In this document: in pieces, positions 61,069 through 64,000 of the stretch
Numbering within the stretch: position 1 is the stretch's first letter
Layout: every line of letters begins with the position of its first letter
Assembly (NCBI GenBank): GCA_003554145.1
Contig: PWFS01000001.1
Span: 1,439 to 65,438 of the forward strand
Length of the DNA stretch: 64,000 nucleotides
Source of the DNA: Halobacteroidaceae bacterium
GTDB lineage: Bacteria; Bacillota; Halanaerobiia; B1SED10-174
Reading direction: 5' to 3'
Made by a program: the position numbers and the translations under genes
The notes under the pieces: generated by a model
What the model was told of the DNA's origin: nothing
What the model saw: only the letters and a program-made list of their open reading frames with translations
Databases searched by the model: none

Positions 61069-62331
61069 ATGAGGGTGTGCACCGTTTGTGCACATACTCT
61101 ACCTGGAGGTGAGAGAGTGCATCCATTTTTAGAACATGTTAACCCGGCACTGGGATCATTATTGAAAGCTTTAAATATGGATAAAACATTTGTTAAAGGG
61201 GAGGGTAGCTGGCTCTATGATGAAAAGGGAGACTGTTATCTGGATATGGTGTCCTCATATGGTGCCCTTCCTTTCGGTTATAATCCTCCTGCTATCTGGG
61301 AGGCTCTAAAACAGGTTGAAAAAACAGCAGAACCGAGCCTGGTTCAACCTTCATTCTTAGGAGCTGCGGGGGAACTGGCCCGTCGTCTGGTAGAGCTGGC
61401 GCCTCCCGGGATGGACAAGGTCACATTTACCAATAGTGGGACCGAGGCGGTGGAGGCAGGAATCAAAATGGCCCGAGCTCGCACAGGGCGTCAGGGAATT
61501 ATTTCTACCTACGGGGGCTTTCACGGCAAAACCCTGGGGTCTCTCTCTGCTACAGGTAGGGCCTCCTATCAAAAGCCATTTTTTGCTCCTGTAGAGGGTT
61601 TTGGATTTATTCCCTTTGGGGACCTGGAGGCTCTGCAGCGTGTTCTTGCTGAAAAAGGTGAGCAAATTGCTGCGGTGGTCCTGGAACCCATTCAGGGTGA
61701 GGGAGGCATAGTTGAACCTCCTCCTGGATATTTGCGGCAGGCCCAGGAGTTATGTACCGAGAATGGGTCCTTATTAATTGTCGATGAAATTCAAACTGGC
61801 CTGGGGCGAACAGGGTATCTTTTCCTTGCTGCTGAAGAGGGCTTCACTCCCGATATTATTACCCTGGCCAAAGCCCTGGGGGGCGGTCTTTTCCCTATTG
61901 GAGCCGTTCTGGCCAGAGGAGATGTTTTCACCGATGATTTTGGTAACAAGCACTCCTCCACTTTTGCGGGCAATACCCTGGGGGCCAGGGTAGGAATTGC
62001 AGTTCTGGATCTTCTGACTGAGCGGGAAGGAGCATTGCTGCAGGAAGTCAGGGAGAAAGGGAAGCGTTTTAAAAAGGGCCTGGAAGAAATTAAAGAGGCT
62101 CATTCCAGAGTAATCAGAGAAATTCGAGGCCGGGGTTTTCTCCTGGGGATTGATTTTGATGTTTCCCGTTTCAATCTCCCCGAAACCCTCCTGGGAATCA
62201 TGGGCGATCAGGAAATGCTGACTCCGGTTCTTTCCAGCCATCTTCTCTGTCAGGAGCAAATCCGGGTGGCTCCAACCCTTAACGGAGATACAGTGATCCG
62301 AATTGAACCACCTCTGAATGTTAAAGATTAG
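61069..62331 (+). CDS. Class-III PLP-dependent aminotransferase (acetylornithine/omega-aminotransferase family)
   Basis: FVKGEGSWLYDEKG, TFTNSGTEAVEAGIKMAR, LLIVDEIQTGLGRTG, TLAKALGGG (PLP Lys) motifs. Confidence 0.8.
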   Translation: MRVCTVCAHTLPGGERVHPFLEHVNPALGSLLKALNMDKTFVKGEGSWLYDEKGDCYLDMVSSYGALPFGYNPPAIWEALKQVEKTAEPSLVQPSFLGAAGELARRLVELAPPGMDKVTFTNSGTEAVEAGIKMARARTGRQGIISTYGGFHGKTLGSLSATGRASYQKPFFAPVEGFGFIPFGDLEALQRVLAEKGEQIAAVVLEPIQGEGGIVEPPPGYLRQAQELCTENGSLLIVDEIQTGLGRTGYLFLAAEEGFTPDIITLAKALGGGLFPIGAVLARGDVFTDDFGNKHSSTFAGNTLGARVGIAVLDLLTEREGALLQEVREKGKRFKKGLEEIKEAHSRVIREIRGRGFLLGIDFDVSRFNLPETLLGIMGDQEMLTPVLSSHLLCQEQIRVAPTLNGDTVIRIEPPLNVKD

Positions 62332-62364
62332 GAAATTGATTATGCCCTGGAGGCAATAAAGAGA

Positions 62365-63738
62365 ATGGCCGGACAGTTGGAAAGAGGCAACACTGCCGCA
62401 ATTCTTAATCACCTGACTTCCAGTAAAGCTGTTCCTTCTCCCAGGATTAAGGCCAGACCTATCCGGCAGCCTCTTTCTGAAGACCCTGAAGAAGGCCGCT
62501 GGGCTTTCATTGCTCATCCCCTGGACATGGAAAATTATCGGGATTTTGATCGAAGCCTGCTTTCTCTGGAAGATGATGATATTCAGGAGCTCACCAGCAG
62601 GTGGAATGATCTGGTTGAGCCTTTCCTGGTTTCCGAAGCACGCATTGAAACCCCGGTCGGGGCCCGGGCCCGAGGAGAATTTATAATTGTTCCCCGTACT
62701 GCGGAGGAGCTGATAGAGATGCCTGGAGAAAAATCTCTACAGGAAGTTCGCCAGGCCCTCAACATGGCCCGGGACAGGGGAGCCAGGATTGTAGGACTTG
62801 GGGCCTACACCTCGGTGGTTAGCCGGGGAGGCCTCCATCTCCGTAAAGAGGGAGTACCCATTACTACCGGTAACAGCTTTACCGTTGGTTCGGCGATAAA
62901 AGCGGTGGAGAAGGCTGCCGCCAGCATTGATCTGCCCCTTAATCAGGCTCAAATAAGCGTCGTTGGTGCTACCGGGGCAATTGGTGGGGCTTCCGCTTTT
63001 CTCCTGGCTGAAAGAGCGGGAGGTTTAAACCTGATAGGAAATCCCCGCCATCCTGATAAAGCCTATCGCCGGCTATTAAAAACCTGTGCTCGAATTTATC
63101 GTCATTTGCTTAAGAAGGCAGAAGAAGGGGAAAGATTTGGCCCGGGCTCAATTGGAAGCTGGCTTCTGCAGCAAAAGAATGCTCCTGCTCCGGGAGAATC
63201 TCTGGCCCGCTTCTTAAAATGGACAGAGGAAATACAGCAGGAGCAGGAAACACCTGTAAAAATTTCTTCCTCCTGCCCCGATTCCCTACCCGAGTCGGAT
63301 ATAACTGTAATTGCGACCAGTTCCCTGGCTGAGTTTATTACAGCAGATATGCTAAAGGCAGGAGCTATTGTCCTTGACCTTTCTCGCCCTCCCAATGTTA
63401 GCCGTTCAGTGGAAAACAACAGGCCCGATGTCCTGGTTATTGACGGAGGTGTTATTAAAGCTCCTGGTGAACCCGACTGGGGCTGGAATTTTGGTTTTGA
63501 AAGGGGCCTGGCTTATGCCTGTATGACTGAAACCTTCATCCTGGCCCTGGAAAAAAATTATCGCAATATGAGTCTGGGAACCGATTTAAATTTAAAAGAT
63601 ATGAATTATATCCAGGAGATGGGTGAAAAACATGGTTTTGAACTGGCTGGCTTTCGCAGTTTTGATCGACCTCTGGACTTAAATAAATGGGAAAGATTTG
63701 TTGATTTCAGGTGTAAAAAGGATCCTCTCTACCGATAA
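62365..63738 (+). CDS. Acyl-ACP-reductase (AAR)-like NAD(P)-dependent dehydrogenase with ~90-aa insertion
   Basis: Motif-by-motif resemblance to recalled cyanobacterial AAR: LNHLTS (GHLTS), GLGAYTSVV (LGGFTSI), TTGNSFTVGSAI (TTGNTHTAYVI), VVGATGAIGGA (VVGATGDIGSA), VLVIDGG (VLIDGGYP), KHGFELAGF (RHGFQPLAL); 33 nt downstream of the aminotransferase. Confidence 0.55.
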   Translation: MAGQLERGNTAAILNHLTSSKAVPSPRIKARPIRQPLSEDPEEGRWAFIAHPLDMENYRDFDRSLLSLEDDDIQELTSRWNDLVEPFLVSEARIETPVGARARGEFIIVPRTAEELIEMPGEKSLQEVRQALNMARDRGARIVGLGAYTSVVSRGGLHLRKEGVPITTGNSFTVGSAIKAVEKAAASIDLPLNQAQISVVGATGAIGGASAFLLAERAGGLNLIGNPRHPDKAYRRLLKTCARIYRHLLKKAEEGERFGPGSIGSWLLQQKNAPAPGESLARFLKWTEEIQQEQETPVKISSSCPDSLPESDITVIATSSLAEFITADMLKAGAIVLDLSRPPNVSRSVENNRPDVLVIDGGVIKAPGEPDWGWNFGFERGLAYACMTETFILALEKNYRNMSLGTDLNLKDMNYIQEMGEKHGFELAGFRSFDRPLDLNKWERFVDFRCKKDPLYR

Positions 63739-63740
63739 AG

Positions 63741-63780
63741 AATAAGCTCTTATTTCCCCGGGAATAAGAGCTTTTTTCTT
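63741..63780 (+). terminator. Rho-independent terminator (AATAAGCTCTTATT-tccccggg-AATAAGAGCTT + TTTTTCTT)
   Basis: 11-bp perfect stem and T-run immediately after stop of 62365..63738. Confidence 0.7.
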
Positions 63781-64000
63781 CAATCTTCTTGGCCTTATTT
63801 TTTATTTAGAGTGCCATACCGCAACTCTAATTGGCCCCTTTCCAGGAAGCAAATCTTTTTAACACAAAGGTGCGGGAAATCACTGCAGGGCGCGATTAAA
63901 AGGGATTTGCCGGGTCTTAGAAAGGATAATACTGCGTGTCTGGTTGGGGAGTATTGCTATAGGGAACCCAAAAAGCCACTTTATTGAAGAAAAATGTTCA

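Noticed and set aside
1-64000. Prophage, transposon or CRISPR content
   Set aside because: No integrase, transposase, terminase or capsid-like ORFs, no terminal inverted repeats, and no regularly spaced short direct repeats were seen anywhere in the window.

Overview
This 64-kb window looks like a bacterial chromosomal segment from an anaerobic Firmicutes-like genome, about 47% GC with strong GGAGG ribosome-binding sites. It shows signs of a diderm envelope: a small C-terminal-Phe beta-barrel outer-membrane protein, a HlyD-type membrane-fusion protein, and substrate-binding proteins with non-lipoprotein signal peptides. It is gene-dense and mostly housekeeping.

Housekeeping content includes msrB, a PurM-superfamily gene, ddh (meso-diaminopimelate dehydrogenase), a DAK2/DegV fusion, an amino-acid permease and a complete minus-strand histidine operon. 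The his operon runs hisG, hisC, hisB, hisH, hisF, hisA, hisIE, hisD and carries two unusual in-frame fusions, HisC-HAD and HisA-HisI-HisE. Also present are a nitronate monooxygenase, a radical-SAM protein, osmC, an SRAP peptidase, an Asp racemase, a GNAT, transketolase, the polA-mutM-coaE-mgsA locus with an ABC-F ATPase, a lytic transglycosylase, a full oppABCDF operon and tRNA-Leu(GAG).

Accessory or unusual content:
1. Three paralogous genes encode a membrane-anchored repeat (six x-H-L-x-W motifs, beta-propeller-like) protein with a C-terminal 4-TM domain. Two of them tightly bracket polA. The third is translationally coupled to a HlyD adaptor plus a fused OppB-OppC-type permease with no ATPase.
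2. A diverged ~440-bp direct duplication of the PurM-like gene 3' end flanks a 1.3-kb insert carrying a QW-motif (terpenoid-cyclase-like) protein.
3. An acyl-ACP-reductase-like dehydrogenase with a ~90-aa insertion forms an operon with a class-III aminotransferase.
4. A carotenoid-like cluster has two CrtI-family desaturases, an ICMT-family methyltransferase and an ArsR regulator behind a perfect consensus sigma70 promoter.
5. An orphan beta-class DNA methyltransferase sits next to a Zn-ribbon mini-protein.
6. An AT-rich, ORF-poor 0.9-kb island lies next to tRNA-Leu.

No transposase, integrase or CRISPR array is visible. All calls rest on motif-level reading of the supplied translations and no database searches were run.
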